NCBI GenBank assembly: GCA_965198005.1
Contig: CBDAOI010000004.1
Coordinates: forward strand, 1,824,001-1,888,000
Direction of reading: 5' to 3'
DNA length: 64,000 nt
Source of the DNA: Spirochaetia bacterium
Lineage (GTDB): Bacteria; Spirochaetota; Spirochaetia; SZUA-6; Bin103
Part shown: positions 49,170 through 59,381 of the stretch, piece after piece
Layout: every line of letters begins with the position of its first letter
How positions within the stretch are numbered: the stretch's first letter is position 1
Translations under genes and position numbers: made by a program
The notes under the pieces: model-generated
Seen by the model: only the letters and a program-made list of their open reading frames with translations
Database searches by the model: none
What the model was told of the DNA's origin: nothing

Positions 49170-50117
49170 GTGGAAACCGGGGATGTGAGTGACGCCACAG
49201 GGATACCATTACCAGTAGTCCAGCCAAAGAGACGTACGAGGCTGGCTGATTTCTTCATCAGGCTGGTCAGAGAGAAGCCGCTGGGTATAGTCAGCGGGAT
49301 TATCATATTGATATTCATTCTGGTGGCTATATTTGCCGATGTTCTGGCGCCTTATGGATATAGGGAAGTGCACCCGGCAGACGTACTTGAAGCCTCTTCG
49401 GCCCGGTATCTTCTGGGCACTGACCACTTGGGGCGAGATTTATTGAGCCGCCTTATCGTCGGGGCGCGTCTTTCGTTAGGTGTCGGTCTGGCAGCGACCG
49501 TTGTTAATGTTGTCGTCGCTGTCCTGATCGGTGGCACTTCAGGATTCCTTGGGGGTAAATTGGACTTGGCTGTGCAGAGATTTGTTGATGCCTGGATAGC
49601 CTTACCGGGGCTGCTCATATTGTTAACGGTAATGTCCATAGTGGGGCGTGGTATACCACAGATAATACTGGTCCTGGGGATATCAGGGGGCATCGGCGGC
49701 TCAAGAATAGTCAGAAGCGCCGTTATGGGTGTAAAAGAGAATGACTATTTTCAGGCGGCGGACGCGATTGGTTCCTCAAAATGGAGCGCATTCATGCGGC
49801 ATGTTTTGCGCAATATTGTGCCTGTCCTAATCATCATATTCAGCATCAACATCGGGGGGGTGATTATGAGTGAGGCTTCTCTGAGTTTCCTCGGATTCGG
49901 CCTGCCAGCCCAGATTCCTAGCTGGGGAGGTATGCTCAGCCGGGAAGGACGCACCTACATGGAGATGGCGCCATGGCTAGCTCTCTGGCCTGGTGTTTTC
50001 CTGACTATCGTCGTTTACTGTCTAAACATATTCGGCGACGCCATCAGGGACCTCCTCGACCCGCGGCTGCGGGGTGGCGGTGGTGGTCTCGGTGCCGGAG
50101 CCGCCGGGTCGGTTTAA
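49170..50117 (+). CDS. Peptide ABC permease (DppC-like)
   Basis: LGTDHLGRD, EASLSFLGFG, PSWG, GDAIRDLLDPR. Confidence 0.9.
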   Translation: METGDVSDATGIPLPVVQPKRRTRLADFFIRLVREKPLGIVSGIIILIFILVAIFADVLAPYGYREVHPADVLEASSARYLLGTDHLGRDLLSRLIVGARLSLGVGLAATVVNVVVAVLIGGTSGFLGGKLDLAVQRFVDAWIALPGLLILLTVMSIVGRGIPQIILVLGISGGIGGSRIVRSAVMGVKENDYFQAADAIGSSKWSAFMRHVLRNIVPVLIIIFSINIGGVIMSEASLSFLGFGLPAQIPSWGGMLSREGRTYMEMAPWLALWPGVFLTIVVYCLNIFGDAIRDLLDPRLRGGGGGLGAGAAGSV

Positions 50118-50453
50118 GAGAGCCCGCCTGGGGGCCACGCGCCTGCGTGCGGGGCCGTGCACCCCACCCGAGGTTGGTACGAGACCCTGCGCGTCCTCGA
50201 CATCCCTGATGGCGGGAGCCCCCAGCGATATCACGCCGGCACGGTGACCTCCACCCGCGGCACCCTGGAGTCCGCGACGATTCAGCCCAGCGGCGCCGGG
50301 CCCTTAGGGAATCGCCACCGCTCCTGCCACCGTGCCAATGCCTCTCGTCGGTCGCTTCGCACGAAACCGTTGCCGAAGCGGCGTTCGCCGCTACTCGAAG
50401 TCCTCTCGGGAATTGACTGACGACCGCTCCTCGAACCAAAGACGCGCTACGTC

Positions 50454-50768
50454 TGGTTGCTCATTGATGAAGCTGCGTTGAGGCAGGCCGCGGGGAATCC
50501 GAATGGCACGGAGCCACTGAACCTGCCTGGTATTCAGCAACTCGAACAGTTGCCGAATCCGAAACAACTGCTATACACTCTGTTGCGTCAGGCAAGCGGC
50601 CTTCAGGGCCGACGTCTGAAGAGTTTCAGCCCTCGAATGAACGGATACTCTGTGGCCGAGCGGATCAGCGACTTTGCTCCGCTGTACGGGCTGGATGCAT
50701 TCCGGCGGCTGGCGGGCGATTTGGATAGAGTCGTTGCAGAGAATGGATGGAAGGATGCGGCTCGTTGA
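50454..50768 (+). pseudogene. C-terminal half of the DUF4276-like protein interrupted at 46025
   Basis: WLLIDEAALRQAAGNPNG...LEQLPNPK continues the usual V.P.RM.EAWLL motif. Confidence 0.7.
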
Positions 50769-50797
50769 CGGGGCATCCGTCGCGACCGGAACTACAC

Positions 50798-51571
50798 GTG
50801 CCGTTGCTGCTGGATAAGGTGCTCGGGCAGTTGGCGCAGCCGCTGGGAGTGGCGGCGGGGGTGGGACTGCTCGCATTGCTGATGCTGGCGGTCGGGCGGC
50901 GCGGTCGGGCGGCCCTGTTGCTGGTGTTCGGCGTAGCCTGGCTCTGGTGCTGGTCGATGCCGTTGACCGCCAACGCGGTGGTCGACTACCTGACCGCCGG
51001 GTACCCGCCGCGGCGCGTGGAGGCGTTGCCGACGTCGGACGCGATTGTCCTGCTGGGCGGGACCGTCGATCCGGCCGCGGGCCGGTGGGTCTACCCCGAC
51101 TTGAACGGCGGCGCGGACCGGATCTGGCACGCCGCGCGGCTGTACCACGCCGGCAAGGCGCCGCTGATCGTGGTCTCGGCGGGCAACGTGTGGGGCGGCC
51201 CGGAGCGGGAGTCGGAGGCGGTCGCCACGCGCATCCTGCTCGACGCGCTCGGCGTGCCGGAGTCTGCCGTGGTGGTCGAGGCGAGCAGCCGCACCACGCG
51301 CGAGAACGCCACCCACACCGCCGCCATCGCCGGCGCGCGCGGCCTCGAGCAGGTGCTGCTGGTCACCTCGGCCTGGCACATGCCGCGCGCCGCGGCCGCC
51401 TTCGACCGGGTCGGTCTCGATGTGGTCCCGGCGCCGGCCGACTACGCCCGGATGGCGGCGCTCCCCGACGTGCTCAGGTTTCTCCCCCACGCGGAGGCGC
51501 TCCACCTCAGTTCGCGCGTGCTCCGCGAATACCTCGGCCTCCTGGTCTATCGCCTCCGCGGCTGGGCCTGA
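50798..51571 (+). CDS. YdcF/ElyC (DUF218) membrane protein
   Basis: AIVLLGG, SRTTRENA, LVTSAWHMPRA, REYLG. Confidence 0.9.
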   Translation: MPLLLDKVLGQLAQPLGVAAGVGLLALLMLAVGRRGRAALLLVFGVAWLWCWSMPLTANAVVDYLTAGYPPRRVEALPTSDAIVLLGGTVDPAAGRWVYPDLNGGADRIWHAARLYHAGKAPLIVVSAGNVWGGPERESEAVATRILLDALGVPESAVVVEASSRTTRENATHTAAIAGARGLEQVLLVTSAWHMPRAAAAFDRVGLDVVPAPADYARMAALPDVLRFLPHAEALHLSSRVLREYLGLLVYRLRGWA

Positions 51572-51635
51572 ACGCGGGCTACGCGGCCTTGACCCGCTGC
51601 CCGTTCTCGCGCACGTTACTGAAAGGAGGGGTACT

Positions 51636-53261
51636 ATGCCGACGCTGGAGTTCAAAGGCAAGCAGCACATCTACGCTCATCACCTGACCGTTCCTTTTAG
51701 GCCGCTGCTACCCGATGAACAGCGCTCCTGCAACCCATCCGGTACCGACGACAACCTCATTATCCACGGCGACAACCTGCACGCACTGAAAGCCCTGTTG
51801 CCCCGCTACGCGGGACGCGTAAAGTGCATCTACATCGATCCACCCTACAATACCGGCAATGAGGGTTGGATCTACAACGACAACGCGAACAGCCCGCTCA
51901 TGAAGGAGTGGCTGACGGCAAACGGGCCGGTGGACCTCGAAGATCTTGAGCGTCACGACAAGTGGCTCTGCATGATGTGGCCCCGCCTTCATCTGTTGCG
52001 TGAATTGCTTGCGGAAGAAGGGATTGTTTTCGTTTCCATCGATGACAACGAACAACACCACTTGCGAATGATGATGGACGAGGTCTTTGGCGAAAGAAAC
52101 TTTTTTGCAGTACTTACACGTAGAGCGATGCACACAGTTCGCAACTCAAGCAAGGACTTTAATTTGAACGGCGACCATGTTCTGGTTTATGCTCGAGAAA
52201 AGACGTGGTTTTCGGGAGATAAGAACCGATATATTAGGCACGTTATTGAAAAATCTGGTCGCTATCCATTTGACGACGGTGACGGACGAGGAAGGTACAA
52301 GCTTGATCCGCTCCATGCACGAAACTACTATCACCCGTATTGCCACACGTTCACAAACGGCGTCAAGTGGTGTGCTCCCCGGGGGAGGTATCCTGCGTAT
52401 TCTCCAGACAGGTTAGGGCAAATGGAACTCGAAGGCAGAATTGATTTCCGTGGTGGCGAACCCAAAGTGAAACGGTACTTGAGCGAAGTACAGGAGGGAC
52501 AACCTCCCAACGTTGTTTTGTCCCCTGAAGTCGTAGGATTCAACGCAGATGGAACCCGGGAACTCCGTGAGATATTCGGAGAGGGCGGTGTTTTCTCCCA
52601 ACCTAAGCCAACCAACCTAATCAAGTTTTTCTTAGAAATAATACGTTGCAAGGATGCTCTTGTACTTGATTCGTTTGCCGGTTCAGGAACTACCGGCCAA
52701 GCGGTTCTCGCGCTTAACAGAGAGGATGGTGGCAACCGTAGATTCATTCTGGTGGAGTGTGAAGGCTACGCAGAGACCATCACGGCTGAGCGCCTAAGGC
52801 GCGTCATCGAAGGGGTTCCCGGCGCCCGCGACGAAGTTGTTCGTAATGGTTTGGGCGGGTCCTTCACTTATTCGACCCTGGGCGACCCCATCGAGCTGGA
52901 GGGGATGCTCTCCGGCGAGGCGCTGCCCCCTTACGGTGCGCTGGCCGCGTACCTGCTCTACACTGCGTCCGGCATCTCGGCAGGACCTGGCGGCGTCCAA
53001 CGCGAGAACGATGACGGCTTGTTTCACTCCTCCGAGAAACTCAACTACCACCTGCTCTACGGACCGGATCTGAATTACCTGCGCAGCGATGCCGTGGTAC
53101 TCAATGAGGAGCGCGCCAAACGGATCAGCGCCGCGGCGCGCGAGCAGAACCGGAAAGCAATCGTCTTTGCTGCCGCCAAGTACATGGGTCAGCGGGAACT
53201 TACCGAATGGGGCATCACCTTCTGTCAGCTTCCCTACGAGTTGTCGTGCCGCGCGGGATGA
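51636..53261 (+). CDS. mod: Type III R-M methyltransferase (Mod)
   Basis: IYIDPPYNTG, PKP, DSFAGSGTT; RBS AAAGGAGG. Confidence 0.9.
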   Translation: MPTLEFKGKQHIYAHHLTVPFRPLLPDEQRSCNPSGTDDNLIIHGDNLHALKALLPRYAGRVKCIYIDPPYNTGNEGWIYNDNANSPLMKEWLTANGPVDLEDLERHDKWLCMMWPRLHLLRELLAEEGIVFVSIDDNEQHHLRMMMDEVFGERNFFAVLTRRAMHTVRNSSKDFNLNGDHVLVYAREKTWFSGDKNRYIRHVIEKSGRYPFDDGDGRGRYKLDPLHARNYYHPYCHTFTNGVKWCAPRGRYPAYSPDRLGQMELEGRIDFRGGEPKVKRYLSEVQEGQPPNVVLSPEVVGFNADGTRELREIFGEGGVFSQPKPTNLIKFFLEIIRCKDALVLDSFAGSGTTGQAVLALNREDGGNRRFILVECEGYAETITAERLRRVIEGVPGARDEVVRNGLGGSFTYSTLGDPIELEGMLSGEALPPYGALAAYLLYTASGISAGPGGVQRENDDGLFHSSEKLNYHLLYGPDLNYLRSDAVVLNEERAKRISAAAREQNRKAIVFAAAKYMGQRELTEWGITFCQLPYELSCRAG

Positions 53262-53271
53262 CGGATTTGCG

Positions 53272-55797
53272 ATGGAGCTGAAGGAGTACCAGGCCCGCGC
53301 GTTGGAAGCCTTCAGCCGCTGGCTGAGAGCGCTTGCGACGGCCCGGCAGGAGTGCGCAGTTTCTGTCGAAGCGTTGCACAAGGCGGGGGTGGACGTACCC
53401 GACGACATCCGCAACTATCCCGGTGCGGCCTGGCGGAAGCTGGCCGCGTCGGGCGGTGTCGCTGAAGGAGCAGGCCACTACGCCGACCGCACGGCGGACG
53501 CGGGGTTTCCGATCCCGCACGTCTGCTTCAAGGTCCCCACCGGGGGTGGAAAGACCCTGATGGCCGCGGCGGCTCTGGAACGGCTCAACCGGCCGACCGG
53601 CCTTACGCTCTGGATCACGCCGACCCGCGCCATCTATCAGCAGACCAGAATCGCCCTCCGGAACCGCGAGCATCCGTACCGGAACCTGCTCGAACGCGCC
53701 AGCGGCGGCCGCGTCAAGATGCTGGAGAAGGACGATCCGTTCACGGCCGGGGACGTCGCCAACTATCTGTGCGTCATGCTGTTGATGCTGCCCGCCGCCA
53801 ACCGGCAGAAGGGCAGGGAGTTCCTGCGCATGTTCCGCGATTCAGGGCGCTACCCGACGCTGTTCCCCGACACCGATGACCTGCTCGGTGACGGACGTCT
53901 GTTGCAGAAGTTTCCCGACCTGGAATGCACCTCCGCGGACGGCCCGATCAAGCACAGCCTGTTCAACGTGTTCAAGATGCTGCGTCCGGTAGTCGTGCTC
54001 GACGAAGCTCACAAGGCGTACGGGAAAGCCGAGGCCGCACGCGAGTTCGTGCGTTCGATCAATCGCCTCGACCCGAGCTTGGTACTGGAGTTGTCGGCTA
54101 CGCCGAACCGTACCATCAGCAACCTGCTGGTCGACATCTCCGGCGTCGACTTGAAGAACGAGGAGATGATCAAGCTTCCCGTGCGCGTGGAGTCGTTCAC
54201 CAACGCCGAGTGGCAACGCACGTTGGGGGAGGCGGCCGAGGAACTCAAGCGGCTGGAGGATGAGTCCCGATCCCTGCACATGAGCGGCGGCCGCTATATT
54301 CGCCCGATCGCGGTCGTGCGTGTGGAGCGCACCGGCAAGGAGCAGCGCGACGGCGAACGGGTTCACGCCGAAGACGTCCGCGAGTACCTGCAGCGAAGCC
54401 TTGGTGTTCCTTCCGAGGCGGTGCGGGTCAAGTCTGCCGAGCGCGACGAGCTGGGACGCGAGGATCTGCTCTCCGAGTTTTCGCCGGTCACCTGGATCAT
54501 CACCAAGGCGGCCCTGATGGAGGGGTGGGATTGCTCCTTCGCGTACGTATTGGTGATGCTGGACAACACCAGCGCTCAGCGCGCCATCACGCAACTGGTT
54601 GGTCGAGTCATGCGGCAGCCGTATGCGCGCCGCACGGGGCGCGAGGCTCTGGATCGATGCTACGTCTACTGCTGGAACACGGAGGTGGCGGCTGCCGTAC
54701 AGCACGTGAAGAACGGATTGGAGCAGGAGGGACTGACCGGGCTCGGCAACGAAGTATGGGGTACTGGCGGAAGCCTGGACTTGATAGAGGTGCAACGGCG
54801 TGAGCTGTTTCGCGGTGCCGACATCTTCCTGCCGAGAGTGCTCCACCAAGACGGCGCCGGTTGGCGCGAGCTGGACTATCAACGGGATATCCTGCCGGCC
54901 ATTGATTGGGGGGCGATCGAACCACCGGATCCGAAGCAATCGCTGCCAACCGTCGCCAAGCGGGAGGCGGCGTCGGTCGACGTAGGCGATGTTCGTCCGT
55001 TCACGTACGAGGCGTCCACGTATCTTGACATCGACAAGACCGTCGAATTGTCCTACTTCGCACGGCGGTTGTCCGACGTGGTGCCCAACCCGTGGCAGGC
55101 CGCGGGCTTTGCGGCGACGCTGATCAAGCGGCTGCGGGACAATGGGGACGAAGAAGCTGACATTTACGACCGACGCTCCTATCTCGCTTACGCCCTACGT
55201 GAAGCAGTCATCAACGAGGTCAAACGAATGGCGGAACAGGTGTTCCATGAAAAGCTGCGAAGATGCGACATCCGTTTCGACCTGGACGCCGACGTGCCTC
55301 GCTACCGAATACGCGAAAGCTACCAGATACCCGTGTCGGAATCAGACGGGTCTCTGCAGCGGCTCGGACGGCCAATGCAGCTCAACCTGCTCGACCCGGT
55401 ATTCGAGCGCCAGTTCGATTCCGAACTGGGAAAACGTTTCGCGTACTATCTCGACGAACAGAGAGCGCTGCGCTGGTGGCACCGTGTGGCCGTGCGGCAG
55501 CAAGGCGAGTACCACCTGCGTGGTTGGCGTCGGGAGCGGATCTACCCCGACTTCATCGCGATGGCGGGAGAGACCGCCGGCAAACCGCATCTCCTGGTAT
55601 TCGAAACCAAGGGCGAGCATCTACACAACAATCCGGATACCGAATGCAAGCGCAAGGTGCTGGAGACGCTCGAGTTCACGTTCAACGCCGGCAAGATGCA
55701 CATACGCGACGGTCCGGCAAAAGGAACGTTCCGCCTGATCTTCAACGAGGCCGAGTTCTCGACGGCACTGAACCGCGTAAAGACCTACACCGCGTAG
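53272..55797 (+). CDS. res: Type III R-M restriction subunit (Res)
   Basis: PTGGGKT, DEAH, EGWD, QLVGR; C-terminal PDF...ETKG nuclease. Confidence 0.9.
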   Translation: MELKEYQARALEAFSRWLRALATARQECAVSVEALHKAGVDVPDDIRNYPGAAWRKLAASGGVAEGAGHYADRTADAGFPIPHVCFKVPTGGGKTLMAAAALERLNRPTGLTLWITPTRAIYQQTRIALRNREHPYRNLLERASGGRVKMLEKDDPFTAGDVANYLCVMLLMLPAANRQKGREFLRMFRDSGRYPTLFPDTDDLLGDGRLLQKFPDLECTSADGPIKHSLFNVFKMLRPVVVLDEAHKAYGKAEAAREFVRSINRLDPSLVLELSATPNRTISNLLVDISGVDLKNEEMIKLPVRVESFTNAEWQRTLGEAAEELKRLEDESRSLHMSGGRYIRPIAVVRVERTGKEQRDGERVHAEDVREYLQRSLGVPSEAVRVKSAERDELGREDLLSEFSPVTWIITKAALMEGWDCSFAYVLVMLDNTSAQRAITQLVGRVMRQPYARRTGREALDRCYVYCWNTEVAAAVQHVKNGLEQEGLTGLGNEVWGTGGSLDLIEVQRRELFRGADIFLPRVLHQDGAGWRELDYQRDILPAIDWGAIEPPDPKQSLPTVAKREAASVDVGDVRPFTYEASTYLDIDKTVELSYFARRLSDVVPNPWQAAGFAATLIKRLRDNGDEEADIYDRRSYLAYALREAVINEVKRMAEQVFHEKLRRCDIRFDLDADVPRYRIRESYQIPVSESDGSLQRLGRPMQLNLLDPVFERQFDSELGKRFAYYLDEQRALRWWHRVAVRQQGEYHLRGWRRERIYPDFIAMAGETAGKPHLLVFETKGEHLHNNPDTECKRKVLETLEFTFNAGKMHIRDGPAKGTFRLIFNEAEFSTALNRVKTYTA

Positions 55798-55857
55798 GAG
55801 CGAGGAGCCTGATCTTGGCGGGAAAACGAGCTGCGAACTTGCATGAGATCGTATTCG

Positions 55858-56320
55858 GGTGCGCGCCGCGAGCAACCCCTTGATGGTTCGCACCTGCCCC
55901 TCCCGGCGGCCTTCCCGGCGGCCTTCCCGGCGCCCTCGCTCGATCATTTCCTCCACGTAGTTCATCACCTCTCCTCCGCGGCCCGGCACGTTCCTCCGCA
56001 ACGCCTCCGAGAACAGCTTGCGCTGTGCTTCCGGCTGCGTCGCCAGCACGTACTCCACGTACTTCGCCACTTCCTCGAGCTCCTTGGCGCGGTACAACTC
56101 CCCAATCAACCGCGTCACCCATTCCAGCAACTCCTCCGGCGCTTCCCGAAACGCCGCCATCAGCGCGATCTGCAACACCCGCGCCGCTACCGCGCCCGTC
56201 ACCGATTCCGCGCCCAGCTCCGTCTGGTCGATCAGCAGGTGCTCGAAGCTCGGTACCCACCGCCACTCCGGCGCCGCGTCCACTACGAGTTCCGCGAACT
56301 CCGGCTCGTAGTCCCACCGC
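55858..56320 (-). pseudogene. C-terminal fragment of an Rpn/YhgA-like protein
   Basis: VPSFEHLLID...GGEVMNYVEEMIERGRREGRREGRREG; catalytic N-domain absent. Confidence 0.7.
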
Positions 56321-56562
56321 TGCGCTCACTGATAGCGCCCGAAAACCGCCGCTCTCAGCGCCGCTTTTCGCCCAGCCGAGCCTCTCTCTCGGAGCTGTCG
56401 TATCCGACCAGCTCCGGTAGTGTCGGTACCGTGCGCTACCACACAGAAAGAACGCACCCGAGAACGATCCTCGGACTGCCTCTCCTCAATCGGCCAAGCG
56501 CTCCGACTCATCCGTGAAGCACCGCCGTCCGCGCGCAGTTATCCGTAGTGCGGGTACCAACC

Positions 56563-57552
56563 ATGCTCCACGACGAAAACTACAAGCGCCTGTTCGCATT
56601 CCCGCTCATGGTCGAGCACCTGCTGCGCGCCTGCCTCCCCGGTGATCTGCTGGCCGCGGCAGACTTCTCCACCCTGAGCAAGCTCTCCACCGAGTACGTC
56701 AGTGACGAGCTGCGCAAGCGCCACGGCGACAACGTCTGGCGCCTGCGCCTGCGGCGGCGGCGGCGCTGGGCGTATGTGCTGGTGCTGCTGGAGTTCCAGT
56801 CCGAAGACGATCACTGGATGGCGCTGCGCATCCAAACCTACGCCGGTCTGCTGTACCAGGAGCTGGTGCGTAACAAGGCGCCCGAGGTGGCCGCCGGACG
56901 ACTGCCGGCGGTGCTGCCGGTGGTGCTCTACAACGGCACCGGGCGGTGGAAATCGGCGCGGGAGCTCGGCGGGCTGATTGGGCCGCTCGGGGCGTGGCTG
57001 GCGCCGCCGCAACCGGCTCCGCGCTACTACCTGCTTGACGTGCAGCGCGTAGCGGGGGACGATTTGCCGCCGCACAACCTGCTGCGCGCGGTGGCGGGAC
57101 TGGAGCAGAGCCGGTTGCCGGAGGACGTGCTGCGGGTGTGGGAGGCACTGCAGCCCTGGTTGCGGGACCGGCGGGAGCGGGAGTTGCAGCGCGCGTTCGT
57201 CGATTGGGTGCGGCTGATCGTGGAGCGGCTGGCGCCGGCGGGTACACCGCTGCCGCCGATGCGGACGTTGGAGGAGGTCAGAATGACACTGGTGGAGCGG
57301 GTAGCCGAGTGGCCCAAGCAGTGGCTCCGGGAGGGTCGCGAGCAGGGACTGGAGCAGGGACTGGAGCAGCAGCGGGCGCTGCTGTGCCGGCAGGCGGCGG
57401 CGCGCTTCGGTGCCGCCACGGCTGCCCGTCTGGCCGGCGCGCTGGCGCCGATCGCCGATCCGGAACGGCTGGCCGAGGTCGGTGACTGGCTGGTGCGCTG
57501 CGACACCGCCGCCGAGTTTCTCGCCCGCGTCGATCCGGCGTCACCTTCCTGA
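56563..57552 (+). CDS. Rpn/YhgA-like PD-(D/E)XK nuclease
   Basis: HDENYKRLF, RHGDNVW, LLEFQS, PVVLYNG, EQGLEQG repeats. Confidence 0.88.
   Translation: MLHDENYKRLFAFPLMVEHLLRACLPGDLLAAADFSTLSKLSTEYVSDELRKRHGDNVWRLRLRRRRRWAYVLVLLEFQSEDDHWMALRIQTYAGLLYQELVRNKAPEVAAGRLPAVLPVVLYNGTGRWKSARELGGLIGPLGAWLAPPQPAPRYYLLDVQRVAGDDLPPHNLLRAVAGLEQSRLPEDVLRVWEALQPWLRDRRERELQRAFVDWVRLIVERLAPAGTPLPPMRTLEEVRMTLVERVAEWPKQWLREGREQGLEQGLEQQRALLCRQAAARFGAATAARLAGALAPIADPERLAEVGDWLVRCDTAAEFLARVDPASPS
57283..57552 (+). CDS. Predicted intragenic small antitoxin (RpnS-like, 89 aa)
   Basis: In-frame ATG preceded by GGAGGAGG inside the Rpn gene. Confidence 0.55.
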   Translation: MTLVERVAEWPKQWLREGREQGLEQGLEQQRALLCRQAAARFGAATAARLAGALAPIADPERLAEVGDWLVRCDTAAEFLARVDPASPS

Positions 57553-57783
57553 CGGACCTCGCCACGACGCCACCCCACGAGTAATCCGGAACATCCGGCG
57601 CGAACTGTCCGCGAACCAATCACCAACGCTGCAGCGAGGTTCAGCACCTCTCCACCAACCTGAGCGCAACTAGCCACACGGGCACGCGTTGGAAGTACGT
57701 GTCGTGCGGCTGACTGATCGCCTGCTGCGGCTCCTCGGTGTCCGGTTGCCTGGCGCCCGCTCGTCAGCCATGAGACCCCGCTA

Positions 57784-58659
57784 TCAGTTCAGGGCCGCCT
57801 GGGGTGGCGAATCGCGAGTGTTATGGGCGAGGGTGGCGAGGGCGGTGATGATGTGGCCGTGGGGGTCGAGCAGGCGCAGGATGGTGGTGGCGGGGGCGAG
57901 GGTGCCGTAGGTGAGGTGGGCGCCGGAGCCGGTCAGGCGGCGGCGGAGTGCGTGCAGCTCGGCCACGGCGCGGGGGCCGGCGGCGATGCAGGTGGCCCAG
58001 CCGCGACTGCCGCCGAAGCCGCCGGGGCCGTGCGGGACCGCCGGCGGGCGCAGGTCCCAGCGTTCGCGGTAGAGCACGGTGCGGTCGCGGAGCAGGGTGA
58101 GGCGGTAGCCGAGGCGGGCGAACTGCCAGCTTTCGCCCATGCGGGAGCGGCCGGGGCAGCCGCATTCGATAAGCAGACACTCGCCGCCGCGGGTCAGGCT
58201 GACGACGGTGGACTGGACCACGGCGGCGCCCGCGAACGGGATCAGCGGCTGCCCCAGCGCGCGCAGGTAGCTGCCGCCGGTCACGTGCGCCGCGAGCTGC
58301 TGGCAGGCGGGGGTGGGCGCGGCGGCGGCGGTGGGCGGGGGGAGCGCCAGGGTGCTGGCCGGCGGCGCCCAGGTCACGGTGGCCGCGCCGTCCAGGGTGA
58401 CCCGTTGCAGGTGGCGCTCGCCGGTGCGCAGGCCGCCGCCCTGGTCGACCGGCGCCGCCAGCAGCGAGCCGTCGGCGGCCGGCAGCACCTGCAGGAACAG
58501 CGGCGCGCCGTAGCGGGTGCGCCAGCGGCGCCCGGTCACGGTCAGCCGCAGCCGGGCGCGGCCGGCGCGGAGTGGGGCGGCCGGTAGCGCGCGCCGGCCG
58601 GCGGCCCCGGGCTCAGTGCGCGTGGTGATGGGGGTGTTCGTGGTGGTGATGCTGGCCAT
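57784..58659 (-). CDS. ureD: Urease accessory protein UreD (divergent)
   Basis: DQGGGLRTGE, LIPFAGA, PGRSRMGESWQF pattern; position after ureG. Confidence 0.75.
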   Translation of the reverse strand: MASITTTNTPITTRTEPGAAGRRALPAAPLRAGRARLRLTVTGRRWRTRYGAPLFLQVLPAADGSLLAAPVDQGGGLRTGERHLQRVTLDGAATVTWAPPASTLALPPPTAAAAPTPACQQLAAHVTGGSYLRALGQPLIPFAGAAVVQSTVVSLTRGGECLLIECGCPGRSRMGESWQFARLGYRLTLLRDRTVLYRERWDLRPPAVPHGPGGFGGSRGWATCIAAGPRAVAELHALRRRLTGSGAHLTYGTLAPATTILRLLDPHGHIITALATLAHNTRDSPPQAALN

Positions 58660-59362
58660 GGCCGTGGTCGTGACCGTGCGCGTCGTTGCCGCCCCAGGGC
58701 GGCGGTTCGGGGCGCGGCGCCGGGGCCGCGCAGGCCGCGCGGACCCAGGACACCACCCGGTCGACGCCGGTACCGTCCTTCATGTTGGTCATCACGAACG
58801 GCAGCGCACCGCGCGCGGCACGCACGTCGGCGGCCATGCGGTCCAGGTCGACCTCGACGTACGGGGCGAGGTCGATCTTGTTCACCACCAGCAGGTCGCT
58901 GCGGGTGATGCCCAGCCCGCCCTTGCGCGGGATGTCGCCGCCCTGCGCGACGTCGATCACGTAGATCTGGAAGTCGACCAGGTCGGGGCTGAAGCTGGCC
59001 GCCAGGTTGTCGCCGCCGCTCTCGATGAACGCCAGCCGGGCGTCGGCGAACCGCTCCTGCAAGCCGGTCAGGGCGTCCAGGTTGACCGAGATGTCGTCGC
59101 GCACCGCGGCGTGCGGGCAGCCGCCGGTCTCCACGCCCACGATCCGGCCGCGGCCAAGGGCGCCGGCGCGAATCAGGAACTCCGCATCCTCGCGCGAGTA
59201 GATGTCGTTGGTGATCGCGACGATCGAGTGGTCGGCACCCAGGCGCTGGCACAGGCGCAGCAGCAGGTGGCTCTTGCCCGAGCCCACCGGCCCCCCGATT
59301 CCGAACCGAACCGGCCGCCCCTGGCCGTTCTCACACCGGTTCCCGTTCCCGTTCAACTCCAT
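58613..59362 (-). CDS. ureG: Urease accessory GTPase UreG with C-terminal His-rich tail
   Basis: GGPVGSGKS, TGGCPH, ESGGDNL, NKID. Confidence 0.95.
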   Translation of the reverse strand: MELNGNGNRCENGQGRPVRFGIGGPVGSGKSHLLLRLCQRLGADHSIVAITNDIYSREDAEFLIRAGALGRGRIVGVETGGCPHAAVRDDISVNLDALTGLQERFADARLAFIESGGDNLAASFSPDLVDFQIYVIDVAQGGDIPRKGGLGITRSDLLVVNKIDLAPYVEVDLDRMAADVRAARGALPFVMTNMKDGTGVDRVVSWVRAACAAPAPRPEPPPWGGNDAHGHDHGHGQHHHHEHPHHHAH

Positions 59363-59381
59363 TTCTTCTCCATTGGTCTCC

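Noticed and set aside
50157-50420. 87-aa ORF at the right end of the ABC cassette
   Set aside because: Possibly a gene fragment, but it has no RBS or recognisable motif
56563-57552. Rpn gene as an insertion sequence
   Set aside because: No terminal inverted repeats or target duplication seen; this family is not established as a true transposase
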